DNA of 64,000 nt, taken from contig OX638351.1 in NCBI GenBank assembly GCA_951813565.1, forward strand, positions 3,808,001 to 3,872,000. Direction: 5' to 3'. Made by a program: the position numbers and the translations under genes. The notes beneath the pieces were generated by a model. It saw nothing but the letters and a program-made list of their open reading frames with translations. It did no database searches and was not told the DNA's origin. Shown here in pieces: positions 40,153 through 50,328 of this stretch. Source of the DNA: an uncultured Poribacteria bacterium (GTDB lineage Bacteria; Poribacteria; WGA-4E; WGA-3G). Every line of letters begins with the position of its first letter. Within the stretch, counting starts at the first letter, position 1.

Positions 40153-41955
40153 CTATTCCAATTCACGAAGTGCTTTTTCAACGTCGGCTTTAAGATCGGA
40201 AGGCAGGTCTAATTTGACCCACAAATTTAAGTTATCTGTTTCTGCAATAGCTGATTTTGAGATGTCGTGTTCTTGATTCAAGAGTTTCAAGGCAGTTTTA
40301 AAGTCTGTCTCAGCCTCCGAAGTACGTCTCAAAGCAGCGTTAGCAACGCCTCGGTTGTAATAGAACTCAGCATGATTCGGTTCTAACTGAATAGCCTTAT
40401 TGTAGTCTATGATGCCATTGATATTGTCACCTTGAGCAGATTTTGTTTTGCCTCGTATGTTATAAGCTTCAGCGAGAATAGCATCTGCTGCTCCTAAATT
40501 AATCGCCGTACTATAGTCTTCAATTGCCTCTTTCTTGTTACCTAAATTAGATTTTGCCAATCCACGATTCACGTAAGCCAATGCCAGTAGACCATCCTCT
40601 GGTTTTAAGCGGATCACTGTATCATAATCTTCAATTGCGTCTTTTTTATTTCCTAAACCAGATTTCGCAGAACCACGGTTGATATATGCAGCAGCCAAGA
40701 GATCATCCTCTGGTTTTAGACTAACCGCCGTACTATAGTCTTCAATTGCCTCTTTCTTGTTACCTAAATTAGATTTTGCCAATCCACGATTGAGGTGAGC
40801 CAAAGCCAGTAGATCATCCTCTGGTTTTAAGCGGATCACTGTATCATAATCTTCAATTGCGTCTTTTTTATTTCCTAAATCAGACTTCGCACTTGCACGA
40901 GAACCGTAGGCATCAACATACGCTGGGTCGAGACGGATCGCTTTGTCATAATCTTTTATGGCGCCTTTCTTATCTCCTATCTCAGACTTCACATCGCCAC
41001 GATAGACATAGACATAGGCGTAATCTGCTCCTTTACGTATCGCCGTATCATAGTCTTTAATAGCACCTTTAAAATCGCCTAACTTTTTCTTGACATATCC
41101 ACGACGACGGTAGGCATCAGCATAATTTGGTGCGAGTTGAATAACTAAATCACAGTTTTTGATGGCATTCGCGAGTTTCTCAGGTCCCTCTGCATCCACG
41201 ACACTGTAATGGCGGATGAGGGGTTCTTCACGCCATTTTTCTAAAGATTTCTCTTGTGTTGGCATTTCCTTGAGCAGTGCACGGAGATAGTTTGACGGAA
41301 TCGCGTACCCGCCTCCAACTCTGTGTCCCTGGTACATAATTCCTACTACCTTTCCGTGAACGTTTAAGACGGGTCCACCACTATATCCTTTTCGATTATT
41401 TCGCGCCCTAATGTCAAGGAAATTGGGAGTGCGTCGACTAATTACCCCTGTCGAGACATCACCTTGCACAATTTTATCTCCTTCTCTTGGGTTACCAATA
41501 GTTACAATGCTATCACCTTTTTTTATAGTATCACTATCGCCAAGCGGAAGAATGTGCGGATCTTCGCCTCCTAACTTCACAACCTTCAAGATAACAAGGT
41601 CTCGTATTGGATCACTTGCCATAACACCTTTTATGGTGAACCACGTTGGCTTGTTAACCAACCTTACCATGCTGACAGCTCCTTCAAAGGATTTCTGATT
41701 GACAACGTGAATATTAGTGGCTATTAGATCATGTCCAATAAAAAATCCACTCCCGAATTCCGGAGGTCCTTCAACGTTTAAACTCCCTATCTGTACAGTA
41801 CCAGCTTTCCCGATTTCCGCAATTTGCTCAAGAATTGGTAGGTCGGAGGCTTTTTTGATTTGAGCTGTTTGTTGTTCAATCCTTGAAGCGCATGACAAGA
41901 AAATCCCTAATGCAAGGCAGCCTATGAGTGCTATTACTTTCTTTGCAATCTTCAT
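40153..41955 (-). CDS. Trypsin-like serine protease with C-terminal TPR repeats (probable lipoprotein)
   Basis: GSGF, TNIHV, DLVIL, GYSGGP triad motifs; repeated NRG.AK..LG....AIEDY TPRs; FLSC lipobox-like. Confidence 0.9.
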   Translation of the reverse strand: MKIAKKVIALIGCLALGIFLSCASRIEQQTAQIKKASDLPILEQIAEIGKAGTVQIGSLNVEGPPEFGSGFFIGHDLIATNIHVVNQKSFEGAVSMVRLVNKPTWFTIKGVMASDPIRDLVILKVVKLGGEDPHILPLGDSDTIKKGDSIVTIGNPREGDKIVQGDVSTGVISRRTPNFLDIRARNNRKGYSGGPVLNVHGKVVGIMYQGHRVGGGYAIPSNYLRALLKEMPTQEKSLEKWREEPLIRHYSVVDAEGPEKLANAIKNCDLVIQLAPNYADAYRRRGYVKKKLGDFKGAIKDYDTAIRKGADYAYVYVYRGDVKSEIGDKKGAIKDYDKAIRLDPAYVDAYGSRASAKSDLGNKKDAIEDYDTVIRLKPEDDLLALAHLNRGLAKSNLGNKKEAIEDYSTAVSLKPEDDLLAAAYINRGSAKSGLGNKKDAIEDYDTVIRLKPEDGLLALAYVNRGLAKSNLGNKKEAIEDYSTAINLGAADAILAEAYNIRGKTKSAQGDNINGIIDYNKAIQLEPNHAEFYYNRGVANAALRRTSEAETDFKTALKLLNQEHDISKSAIAETDNLNLWVKLDLPSDLKADVEKALRELE

Positions 41956-42101
41956 CTGATATCCTCTTGTTTATTGTAAGTAGATCAGTTTTAAGCGTTA
42001 ATAGTTTAGCACGCGTTAGACTGTTTGACAAGTTTTCCTTTCATCAAAACTTTTGTATCAAACATTGATATATTTTAGATTTTGGAGTATACTCAATTAG
42101 T

Positions 42102-42755
42102 ATGAAATCAGAAGCAAACCGAGAACGCGGCATTATCGTGGGCATAACAGGCGGCATAGCGTGCGGGAAAACGACCGTCTCTAAGTCACTCGCTGAAAAG
42201 GGAGCGATTCCGATTAATGCAGATGAAATTGGACATCAACTGCTCAAAGCGGATAGTCCCGTGAGAGATGATCTCGTTAACGCATTTGGACAGGGAATTC
42301 TTGAAGAATCTGGCGATGTTAGCAGAAAAAAACTGGGGGCAATCGTCTTTGAAGATAAATCTGCCCGTGAACGGCTGAACGCTATTTTACACCCGTTGAT
42401 TATCCAACGTTCCCGTTCTCGTGCGCGTCAACTTGTTATGGAAGACCCATCATGCATTGTCTTGCTTGACGCGCCCCTTCTCATAGAAGCTGGTGCTTAC
42501 GATTCTGTTGATCTAATAGTTGTTGTAACTGCCTTGCCTGAGATACAATTGCAACGGACATTAGAACGGAGCCGCGCACAGAACCGTCCTCTCACTGAAA
42601 GTGAAGCACAAGCGCGAATAGACTCGCAGATGCTGGTGTCTGAAAAAGTTAAATATGCGGATGTTGTTATAGAGAATAGTGGGACAATTGAAGAACTACA
42701 TAAACAAGTGGATCAACTTTGGGATAAACTTATGAATCGTGCCAAAGCAGATTGA
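42102..42755 (+). CDS. coaE: Dephospho-CoA kinase
   Basis: GITGGIACGKT, L.A.VF, LN.I.HP, PLLIE, RI.SQ. Confidence 0.95.
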   Translation: MKSEANRERGIIVGITGGIACGKTTVSKSLAEKGAIPINADEIGHQLLKADSPVRDDLVNAFGQGILEESGDVSRKKLGAIVFEDKSARERLNAILHPLIIQRSRSRARQLVMEDPSCIVLLDAPLLIEAGAYDSVDLIVVVTALPEIQLQRTLERSRAQNRPLTESEAQARIDSQMLVSEKVKYADVVIENSGTIEELHKQVDQLWDKLMNRAKAD

Positions 42756-43815
42756 TAGCGTTTGCCTTAATAACGCAGAAAACTTCCTTTCCCTTACACA
42801 GTTGAAGTTGTTCACGCGCTTCATGTGTAATTTTTACCGAAAGATGATACCCTTCAACGTCGATAGACAGCAGCGTTTGGTTATCAACTGCATCAATTGT
42901 CCCCCGCAATATATTCCTTGCACTAATTGGCAGATTGGGCTCAAGCGAAATGATTATATCTTCTGCCCGAATGGCGACTGGCACTTCTTTTCCGATTTCC
43001 GTATCTACATAAGGAATAACAAGACGCTGAGATCCAATTTCTAATTCTGTTATGCCTCTATGCTTATCTGAATTTGCTACGGGTAAAGACAAGATATTTT
43101 CTACACCTGTCAAATTTGCAATCGGCAACGCGGAAGGAGCAGTTAGCAGTTGATGCGGTTCACCGCTTGCGGTAATCTTTCCGTCAGAGAGGAGAAAAGC
43201 CTCATCAGCGAGTGCCATTGCTTCTGATATGGCATGGGTAACATAGAGGATTGGTATCTCAAATGCGTTTTTAATGTGATGAAGATATGGAATAATGCGG
43301 TTTTTCAATCCACTGTCAAGTGAAGCAAGCGGTTCATCCATCAGTAGCAGACGCGGTTCCATCGCGAGTGCGCGTGCAATTGCCACCCGTTGACGTTGTC
43401 CTCCAGAGAGTTGGTTTGGATAGCGCTGAAGTAACTCAGAGATTTCGAGGATTTCGAGTAATTGGGAAATGCTGTCGGGATTGTTGCGCAAATTTCGTGG
43501 CTGTCCATAGCGGATGTTCTGTGCAACGGTAAGGTGTGGAAAGAGATATCCTTCTTGAAAAACATATCCAAAACGGCGCTTTTCTGGTAGCACATTGACT
43601 CTTGAATCGGAAGCGTAAAGTGCCTGATCTCCGAACACAATCTCACCTTCGTCTGGAGAAAGTATCCCAATAATACAGTTGAGCAGCGTGCTTTTCCCAC
43701 TGCCAGACGCACCCAAAAAAGCAGTAACTTTCTTTTCCAGTGTGCAATTGAGTTCTAACGTAAAATTACCAAGGGTTTTACGAAAGTCAAGTGTGATTTT
43801 GGTATAATCTGCCAC
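42730..43815 (-). CDS. modC: Molybdate ABC transporter ATP-binding protein
   Basis: GASGSGKST, VFQE..LFPH, LSGGQRQR, SARN TOBE; downstream of modAB. Confidence 0.9.
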   Translation of the reverse strand: MADYTKITLDFRKTLGNFTLELNCTLEKKVTAFLGASGSGKSTLLNCIIGILSPDEGEIVFGDQALYASDSRVNVLPEKRRFGYVFQEGYLFPHLTVAQNIRYGQPRNLRNNPDSISQLLEILEISELLQRYPNQLSGGQRQRVAIARALAMEPRLLLMDEPLASLDSGLKNRIIPYLHHIKNAFEIPILYVTHAISEAMALADEAFLLSDGKITASGEPHQLLTAPSALPIANLTGVENILSLPVANSDKHRGITELEIGSQRLVIPYVDTEIGKEVPVAIRAEDIIISLEPNLPISARNILRGTIDAVDNQTLLSIDVEGYHLSVKITHEAREQLQLCKGKEVFCVIKANAINLLWHDS

Positions 43816-43858
43816 TGTGTTTCCAATACTCTGTTGAGCCGTTTAGACAAATACCGTC

Positions 43859-44190
43859 GGTTGGATAGAACAACGTGAAACCCATAACTGTCAATTTAAG
43901 GATATATCCTCTTGTGGGAGTGAATCAACGCAGCATGCGCGTGTGGCATTCATCGGGGTTGGAAACTCCTCCCACAAGAAGGTGTATCCTAAAGTTGACA
44001 CCTATGGGTAAAGCGAAGCGAAACCCAACAATTCAACCGTCTTGAGAGTCCTAAAGAGTTGGGTTTCACTTATTTTTCAGAAAGTAGACCTCAAATGGGC
44101 CAACAACCTCTCTTTAGAGGCTGTTTTTTATTGCCCATTTTCGTTCTACCCCACCGAATGCCATAGGCGCATTCGGTGTTGATTCCCTAC
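43859..44190. repeat. REP/MITE cluster between modB and modC
   Basis: CATAACTGTCAATTTA...AAGTTGACACCTATG element 43883-44006 within a REP; hairpin-TTGATT units at 43923 and 44152. Confidence 0.8.
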
Positions 44191-44244
44191 GGGATTTATC
44201 AAACTCACGTTTTATTAGGTAAATTCAGTATTGATAACCGAGAA

Positions 44245-44916
44245 CTAATCCTGTCTAAGGGTGATACGTTCCGTTAACCAGATAGAAATAAATGCGACAA
44301 TTGTTGAAATAAACACCAACCGATAAACCGTGATATCTTGTCCAAGTTGGACTGCATGATAAATACTCAATGCCAATGTCTGTGTTTCACCAGGGATATT
44401 ACCTGCAACCATGAAGGTTGCCCCAAACTCGCCAAGGCTTTTCGAAAAACCGAGAATTGTTCCACCAATAATACCGCGTGATGCAAGCGGCAATGTTATC
44501 GTCCAGAACACTTTGATTGGTGATGCGCCAAGCGTACGTGCTGTGTTTTCAAGTTCGGACGGTACAGACTCCATTCCTGTTATAATACCGCGTACTAATA
44601 AAGGAAAGGAGATAATAGAAACAGCAATTACAACAGCAAATGGTGAAAAAACAAGTTCTAAATTGAAAACGTCAAATAAAAATCCTCCAACAAGTCCATG
44701 TTTACTCAAGAGAATTAAGAGCAAATACCCACTTACCACAGGTGGCAGAACCAACGGTAACATGACGAATGTATTCAGGAGAGATTTCCCCGGAAAATCC
44801 CGTTTTGCCAGAAGCCAACCCACCAGCAGTCCCGGTGGAAACATCACAATGAGACTCAACAACGCTACTTTTATAGATAAAATGAGAGCGGTAATTTCTG
44901 CTGGGGTTATCCTCAT
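44245..44916 (-). CDS. modB: Molybdate ABC transporter permease
   Basis: LPLVLPPVV.G, ARTLGAS, SLGEFGAT..VAGNIPG.T. Confidence 0.95.
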   Translation of the reverse strand: MRITPAEITALILSIKVALLSLIVMFPPGLLVGWLLAKRDFPGKSLLNTFVMLPLVLPPVVSGYLLLILLSKHGLVGGFLFDVFNLELVFSPFAVVIAVSIISFPLLVRGIITGMESVPSELENTARTLGASPIKVFWTITLPLASRGIIGGTILGFSKSLGEFGATFMVAGNIPGETQTLALSIYHAVQLGQDITVYRLVFISTIVAFISIWLTERITLRQD

Positions 44917-44937
44917 TGCAATGTCGCAGGCACATTT

Positions 44938-45729
44938 CTACTGTGTTGAATCAGATGTTAAACAGGTAAATCCATGTTTTTCGAAAATTTCAGTGGCACG
45001 CGGGGTTTTCAGATATGGAATAAATTGTTGTGCTAACTGTTTTCGGTTGCTACCTTTTAAAACAACAGCAGGATAGACTATTAGAGTATGGGTTTTATCA
45101 GGAAATTCATAAAGTATTTTGACATTTTTACTCAGTTTTACGTCTGTTTGATAGACAATCGCAACGTCAACATTTCCAGCACTGACATAAGCAAGTGTCG
45201 CTCGGACATCTGTCCCGAAGACTAACTTAGGGAGGACCTTCCCCCATAAACCGAGATGTGTCAAAGCCTCTTTTGCGTAAGTGCCAGCGGGCACAATTTC
45301 GGGCTGTCCAATAGCAATTCTTGAAACAGCGCCATCGGCAAGCTTATCAACAGTTTCCACAGATATAACGGAGTTTTTATGAGAAACAAGGACTAACCGA
45401 TTTGATAGCACATCGTAGCGACTACCAGTTTCAATCATATCGTGGGTTTCAAGGGCAGTAACCTGTTGCGGACTTGCTGAAATGAAAACATCTACCGATG
45501 CCCCTTTTTCTATTTGACGTTGCAATGTTGAAGAAGCCGCAAAATTATAGCTAACCTTAATACCGTGCTTTACAGTAAACTGGTCACCAATTTCAGTCAA
45601 AGCATCTGTCAAACTCATCGCACCAAAAACTCTTAGTTCAGGATGTTTTTGCGTATTTCCACACCCTATAAGTGCAGCAAATATCAGCATAGACGCAATA
45701 AAAGTGAAAATTTTCACGTTTTGGTGCAT
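44938..45729 (-). CDS. modA: Molybdate ABC transporter substrate-binding lipoprotein
   Basis: A.SL, AASSTL..QI..GA, VPAG.YA, VY.TD, I.YP; LIGC lipobox. Confidence 0.93.
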   Translation of the reverse strand: MHQNVKIFTFIASMLIFAALIGCGNTQKHPELRVFGAMSLTDALTEIGDQFTVKHGIKVSYNFAASSTLQRQIEKGASVDVFISASPQQVTALETHDMIETGSRYDVLSNRLVLVSHKNSVISVETVDKLADGAVSRIAIGQPEIVPAGTYAKEALTHLGLWGKVLPKLVFGTDVRATLAYVSAGNVDVAIVYQTDVKLSKNVKILYEFPDKTHTLIVYPAVVLKGSNRKQLAQQFIPYLKTPRATEIFEKHGFTCLTSDSTQ

Positions 45730-45884
45730 AGTAATTCATCATAAATCGTGGTTAAGGCGAAAAGATTATAACAAACATTTCAAGTAATGTCAATTCCTTG
45801 AAAACAACAAGGGTGTGTAAATATTTCAAAAAATTGTCCGATTTTCTCAAAATTCCACTAAAATACATTTTTTTCAATTTGTAC

Positions 45885-45913
45885 TTGACTTTTTTAGCAG
45901 TTTTTTGTATAAT
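45885..45913 (+). promoter_or_regulatory. Sigma70-type promoter
   Basis: TTGACT-17 nt-TATAAT. Confidence 0.75.
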
Positions 45914-45920
45914 ACTTATA

Positions 45921-46015
45921 ACGTCCAAAACGGTATTAACAGCATGGGTATCCTTCATCTAATATTATATTAGTTGATACTGGTTTGGACGCCGGGGGAT
46001 GCCCTAACCTTTTTT
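45921..46015 (+). ncRNA. Candidate structured leader/small RNA (possible pseudoknot)
   Basis: 19-nt stem 45922-45940/45973-45991 starting at predicted TSS; loop GGGTATCCTTC complementary to downstream GGGGGATGCCC; followed by T6. Confidence 0.4.
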
Positions 46016-46118
46016 AAACAGACAGAGGGATCACCGGCGCACCAGCCAACACACAGAGGAAACCCATAAACAAGTAAAACGCCACGCGAGCGTGTGGCAC
46101 AACAACAGGAGGTATAAA

Positions 46119-46865
46119 ATGACTATAGGATTTTATACCAAATGGATTATCGGTGGCTTCCTGCTACTGATAATAATTGCTGGTGCGTGTTATCTATGGT
46201 ATCAACATGACACGGCACCATATAAACAAGAGGCAGCCGAAACTGCCGAAGTTGCCCGCGAATGGGAAGCAACCCAAAAAGCGGACACCAGCAAGGTGGA
46301 ACAGGCAGCCGATGTCTCTGCGGAAAGCAAAATGCCAACCGCAGATAAACTTGTAAACCCAATAACTGGTGCAGCGCCAGAAACAGATACGCGCACGAAA
46401 AACCCTCAAGATGTTCCGATGTCCACAGAGGAAACAGAAAAAGTATCACCTCACGACTTCTTACCATATCCAAAAGTGCCTGACGATTATCCGCTAAATC
46501 CACCGATTTGGATAAGAAATCCTGATATGATCGGGGTGCCAGCTCATGCAGCAGGACCCCTTGAACTCTTAGATATGGTGTTAGTAAAGTTGTGGGTGCA
46601 AGGGCATAAGAACATAACAGGGGCAAGCACTGCCTACGGAAAAATTTATCCCCATTACAGAGATGTTATCTATGTGAAATATGAGGATGTTACGTTTCCA
46701 AATGGCACAGTGAAACGAAAAATTAGAAGGGTTTTAAGTGGTCCGGACTTAGAATACGGATCACGAGATATAATGACAGGCAAAGTGCCTGCACACATAA
46801 AAATTGTGGAATTTGATGATGCGGGAATTGACCCGTACACATTTTTAAAGGAGGATTCAAAATGA
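46119..46865 (+). CDS. Hypothetical membrane-anchored protein
   Basis: AGGAGG RBS; N-terminal TM; low-complexity linker; C-terminal domain resembling that in 62168-63624. Confidence 0.8.
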   Translation: MTIGFYTKWIIGGFLLLIIIAGACYLWYQHDTAPYKQEAAETAEVAREWEATQKADTSKVEQAADVSAESKMPTADKLVNPITGAAPETDTRTKNPQDVPMSTEETEKVSPHDFLPYPKVPDDYPLNPPIWIRNPDMIGVPAHAAGPLELLDMVLVKLWVQGHKNITGASTAYGKIYPHYRDVIYVKYEDVTFPNGTVKRKIRRVLSGPDLEYGSRDIMTGKVPAHIKIVEFDDAGIDPYTFLKEDSK

Positions 46866-47410
46866 TCCGGAATATGTTGTGTCTTTTTATTTTAACTTTC
46901 TGCTTATTCGCCCTAACGTTTTCCACGGAGCCTTCCAACAGCGAAGGTGGATTGTCCGCAAGAGCAGAATTTGATGGATGGGTAACGTTATTCAATAACT
47001 TTCAAGAGTTCTATGATGGACATGATGTAAAAGTTGTCTTTAGGGCGACAGATGAATACGGAGGGTGGTACGATAGTTCTATCAGCGTTAGCATGAATGT
47101 AAATGGAACTAAGCTTACAGATAGTAATGGTTCCAATGATTATTATTCAAACGGTGTCGTAGTAATGGTAGATGCAGATGTTGATGCTGACTCTGTAGAC
47201 AACCCTCCTCCCAATATAGATTTACCTGGTAGCGGCTCTGTATGGGGAAGAATTTTTGGGTCTACGATCGAAGATCCGAATTCCAAAGAAGTATATGTTG
47301 ACGAAACGAAATGGCTTCAAGACAGCTCAGATATAACACCTAACTGTGGCGCATGCACAGATGCAAATGCAAATTGTGTCAATGCGAATAATAGGCATTT
47401 TGGTCCCTAA
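46862..47410 (+). CDS. Hypothetical secreted protein with Cys-rich tail
   Basis: ATGA overlap, GGAGG RBS, signal peptide, CGAC...C. Confidence 0.75.
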   Translation: MIRNMLCLFILTFCLFALTFSTEPSNSEGGLSARAEFDGWVTLFNNFQEFYDGHDVKVVFRATDEYGGWYDSSISVSMNVNGTKLTDSNGSNDYYSNGVVVMVDADVDADSVDNPPPNIDLPGSGSVWGRIFGSTIEDPNSKEVYVDETKWLQDSSDITPNCGACTDANANCVNANNRHFGP

Positions 47411-47434
47411 ATAACTTTAGAAGTTTCTCACTAC

Positions 47435-47471
47435 ACAGGCAGGTATCTTTTTGGATATCTGCCTGTTTTTT
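47435..47471 (+). terminator. Intrinsic terminator
   Basis: ACAGGCAGGTATC-loop-GATATCTGCCTGT followed by T run. Confidence 0.8.
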
Positions 47472-47662
47472 ACATACCTTTTGTAAAGACCATCAGATTC
47501 CCCGTAGGTGTGTTCTTGTGATGCCCTATAAACCCTCACTTGCATGCAACACAATTTTAGACAAACCACTGTCAGACCAATAAAGATATATCAGGGTTGG
47601 AATCTTTCCTACAACAGAAGCCGGTTAATAACAAGGTTTTACACACCCACAATCAACTTTCC

Positions 47663-47691
47663 TTGCAATCTGACATTAATTATGGTATCCT
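47663..47691 (+). promoter_or_regulatory. Putative sigma70 promoter
   Basis: TTGCAA-17 nt-TATCCT with TG extension. Confidence 0.45.
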
Positions 47692-47724
47692 ATCTATATA
47701 AAATACACAAATGGGGATAAAACA

Positions 47725-48531
47725 ATGAAATTAGGTTTATGCTCCATCGCTTTTCAAGATAAACCGTTGGAAGAGGTCATTGATATCGCAGCAGATTACG
47801 GGTTTGATGGCGTTGAAGTTTGGGGCAAGCCGCCGCACATGCCAGCGGAATACGATGAAACACATGTTAAAAACATTCGGAATTTGGCACAACAAAAAAG
47901 ATTGGAGATTTCTGCTTTTGGGTCCTACGTTGATCCTTTGATGCATTTTCACCAAAAATATTTAGAGGAAGCGTTTAAAATTGCGCATGCACTCGGCACC
48001 GATCTGATTAGAATCTGGTCAGGTGGAGGCCCCTCAAAATCCATTGCTCCCGCTGATAAACGGCTTATCCTTTTTCGGTTGGTCACTTTAGCGCAGTGGG
48101 CAAATTTCCGAAGTATTAAATTGGGCATGGAGATGCACAATAACCATCTGACTGACACTGTTGATAGTATCTTAGAGATAATTGAGAGTACCAATCAACC
48201 CTCTCTAAAAACTTACTATCAGCCACTTGCTCGGTTTGATGCTGATGAACCTCATACTGCTGCACAAAAGCTTGCGCCTCATGTTGTCAACGTGCATGCA
48301 CAGAATTTCGATGAAAATGGAAAAGCATGTGCAATCGCGGAGGGTGTTGTTGACTATAGTAGGGTAGTTGAGACTCTGAATGGTGCTGGTTATGATGGCT
48401 ACATTCAGGTAGAATTTGTACACGGCGACAACAAATTAGAGGCATTACAACGTGACAGAGACTACCTCGCAAGTTTGACGACTCCTTTAGCCGAGAGTTC
48501 CTTGAAAGATTTAGAGACTGAATCTGTTTAG
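47725..48531 (+). CDS. Sugar phosphate isomerase/epimerase (TIM barrel)
   Basis: GFDGVEVWG, IRIW.G, EMH, NVH, VEF. Confidence 0.85.
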   Translation: MKLGLCSIAFQDKPLEEVIDIAADYGFDGVEVWGKPPHMPAEYDETHVKNIRNLAQQKRLEISAFGSYVDPLMHFHQKYLEEAFKIAHALGTDLIRIWSGGGPSKSIAPADKRLILFRLVTLAQWANFRSIKLGMEMHNNHLTDTVDSILEIIESTNQPSLKTYYQPLARFDADEPHTAAQKLAPHVVNVHAQNFDENGKACAIAEGVVDYSRVVETLNGAGYDGYIQVEFVHGDNKLEALQRDRDYLASLTTPLAESSLKDLETESV

Positions 48532-48552
48532 ATAGATTCGGTTATTACGTGT

Positions 48553-49164
48553 ATGCGGTTAGAAGTCGGTATTATCGCACTTGTGGAAGAGGCTTTGGGG
48601 GCTACAGCAGAAAAGCGCGCGCAGTTTGAATGGCTTCGTAACAAACCGTGTCGAGAGCATTTTGGCGATTATTACGACATTCTAATGGAACTCTACAATG
48701 AACTTGGGGGAGATTGGGAGGGAACATCAGCAAAAACAGATGGATTCCTGACACCAGATGCCTATTTTCCAGAACCCTACCACTTTATTTTTGAGTTTGA
48801 TGAGCTGCAGCACTTTACCCGGTTCCGAGAACAGACACTTAGGTTTTATCCTGAGGACATACCACTTGCTTATGCACCAGAGAAATACCTAAAGTTTTGT
48901 CACCAATATCACGCTGCAGCACTTGCAAAGGGTCCTGAGCGATTTCGGCGGCGGACTGCTGATTTTCCTTATGTCAACGGACGCGCAGCGCAACGCGCTT
49001 TTTTTGATACTTTTCGGGATTGGCTACCACCACAACATGGACTTAATCCAACAGTGAGACTCGCGGAATTTGAGGTTACACCTATCTTGAATGGAGAATT
49101 AACAGGAGACGCCGCGAAAACCTACATCAAACGACTAATTTCTGAACGACTCGTAACTTCCTGA
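48553..49164 (+). CDS. Hypothetical protein, possible restriction-endonuclease-like fold
   Basis: PD......EFDE.QHF and QRAFFD..RD motifs. Confidence 0.6.
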   Translation: MRLEVGIIALVEEALGATAEKRAQFEWLRNKPCREHFGDYYDILMELYNELGGDWEGTSAKTDGFLTPDAYFPEPYHFIFEFDELQHFTRFREQTLRFYPEDIPLAYAPEKYLKFCHQYHAAALAKGPERFRRRTADFPYVNGRAAQRAFFDTFRDWLPPQHGLNPTVRLAEFEVTPILNGELTGDAAKTYIKRLISERLVTS

Positions 49165-49207
49165 TAGCGAGTTGGAAGAATGGAAAAGGTAGGGCACATA
49201 ACGCTAC

Positions 49208-50137
49208 ATGAGCAACCGAACCGGTTCAACAGTGGATTTATCAGACTATCCGCTACTTCAACTGATTGGACAAACCCCCCTCGCCAAAATTGATATTTTT
49301 GCTGATGAATTGCCGAATGTAGAGATCTACGCGAAAATGGAGACTTACAACCCCGGTGGTTCTATTAAAGACCGGCCTGTTTTACGCATGCTGACTGAGG
49401 CAATTGCTTCGGGAGAACTGACACGCGAAAAAGTTATATTAGATTCCAGTTCAGGCAATGCGGGGATCGCTTACGCAATGATTGGCGCTACTCTCGGATA
49501 TAAAGTTGAACTCGTGATCCCGGACAATGCCACCGAAGAACGGAAAAAACGTATCAGTTCACACGGCGCTCAGATTATCTATACCGATGCAATCCTTGGC
49601 TATGATGAAGCGTTACGAGAAGTTGATCGAAGATATGAAGCAAAACCGGATAAGTATTTTTTCAAATCCCAATACGAAAATGAAAATAATTGGCGTGCAC
49701 ATTATGATACGACAGGTGTGGAAATCTGGGAGCAGATAGATGGAAAACTAACGCATTTTGTTGCAGGTGTAGGAACAGGCGGCACTATCACAGGCGTAGG
49801 GCGACGGCTCAAAGATTACAATCCTGATGTCCAAGTATGTTCTATTGCGCCAGAGAGGTTCCCCGGAATTGAAGGGTTAAAACCGCTCGGTGATCCTGAT
49901 GATATTGTCCCGGAAATTCTTGATGAGACTGTGATTGATTACCGAATTCCTACCTCAATTGAAAACGCACACGAAATGTGCAGCCGTCTTGCACGACAAG
50001 GTTGGTTTGTTGGAACATCATCTGGCGGATACCTATACGGCGCATACAAACTTGCACAACAGATACAAGAAGGCGTTATCGTCACAGTGTTTAATGACCT
50101 CGGCGAAAGGTACTTTAGTATGAGGTTGTGGGATTGA
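49208..50137 (+). CDS. Cysteine synthase (PLP-dependent, CysK/CysM family)
   Basis: NPGGSIKDR, SSGNAG, GTGGTITG, D.GERY. Confidence 0.92.
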   Translation: MSNRTGSTVDLSDYPLLQLIGQTPLAKIDIFADELPNVEIYAKMETYNPGGSIKDRPVLRMLTEAIASGELTREKVILDSSSGNAGIAYAMIGATLGYKVELVIPDNATEERKKRISSHGAQIIYTDAILGYDEALREVDRRYEAKPDKYFFKSQYENENNWRAHYDTTGVEIWEQIDGKLTHFVAGVGTGGTITGVGRRLKDYNPDVQVCSIAPERFPGIEGLKPLGDPDDIVPEILDETVIDYRIPTSIENAHEMCSRLARQGWFVGTSSGGYLYGAYKLAQQIQEGVIVTVFNDLGERYFSMRLWD

Positions 50138-50328
50138 CGAATCTTTAGATCAAAGATCCTAAACCATATAGTGAAACTAAAATTACTTGGACAGTTTTCT
50201 ATAGGTTTGATGTGTTTGTAGTCGCGCAATTCATTGCGCCTCTTACATGTACTGGTAGGCGTGCTTTGTAAGCGGGCAGTCAACAGTGTCCAAGTAATTA
50301 AATGCCTTAATATCAAAATAGGAGTTCT

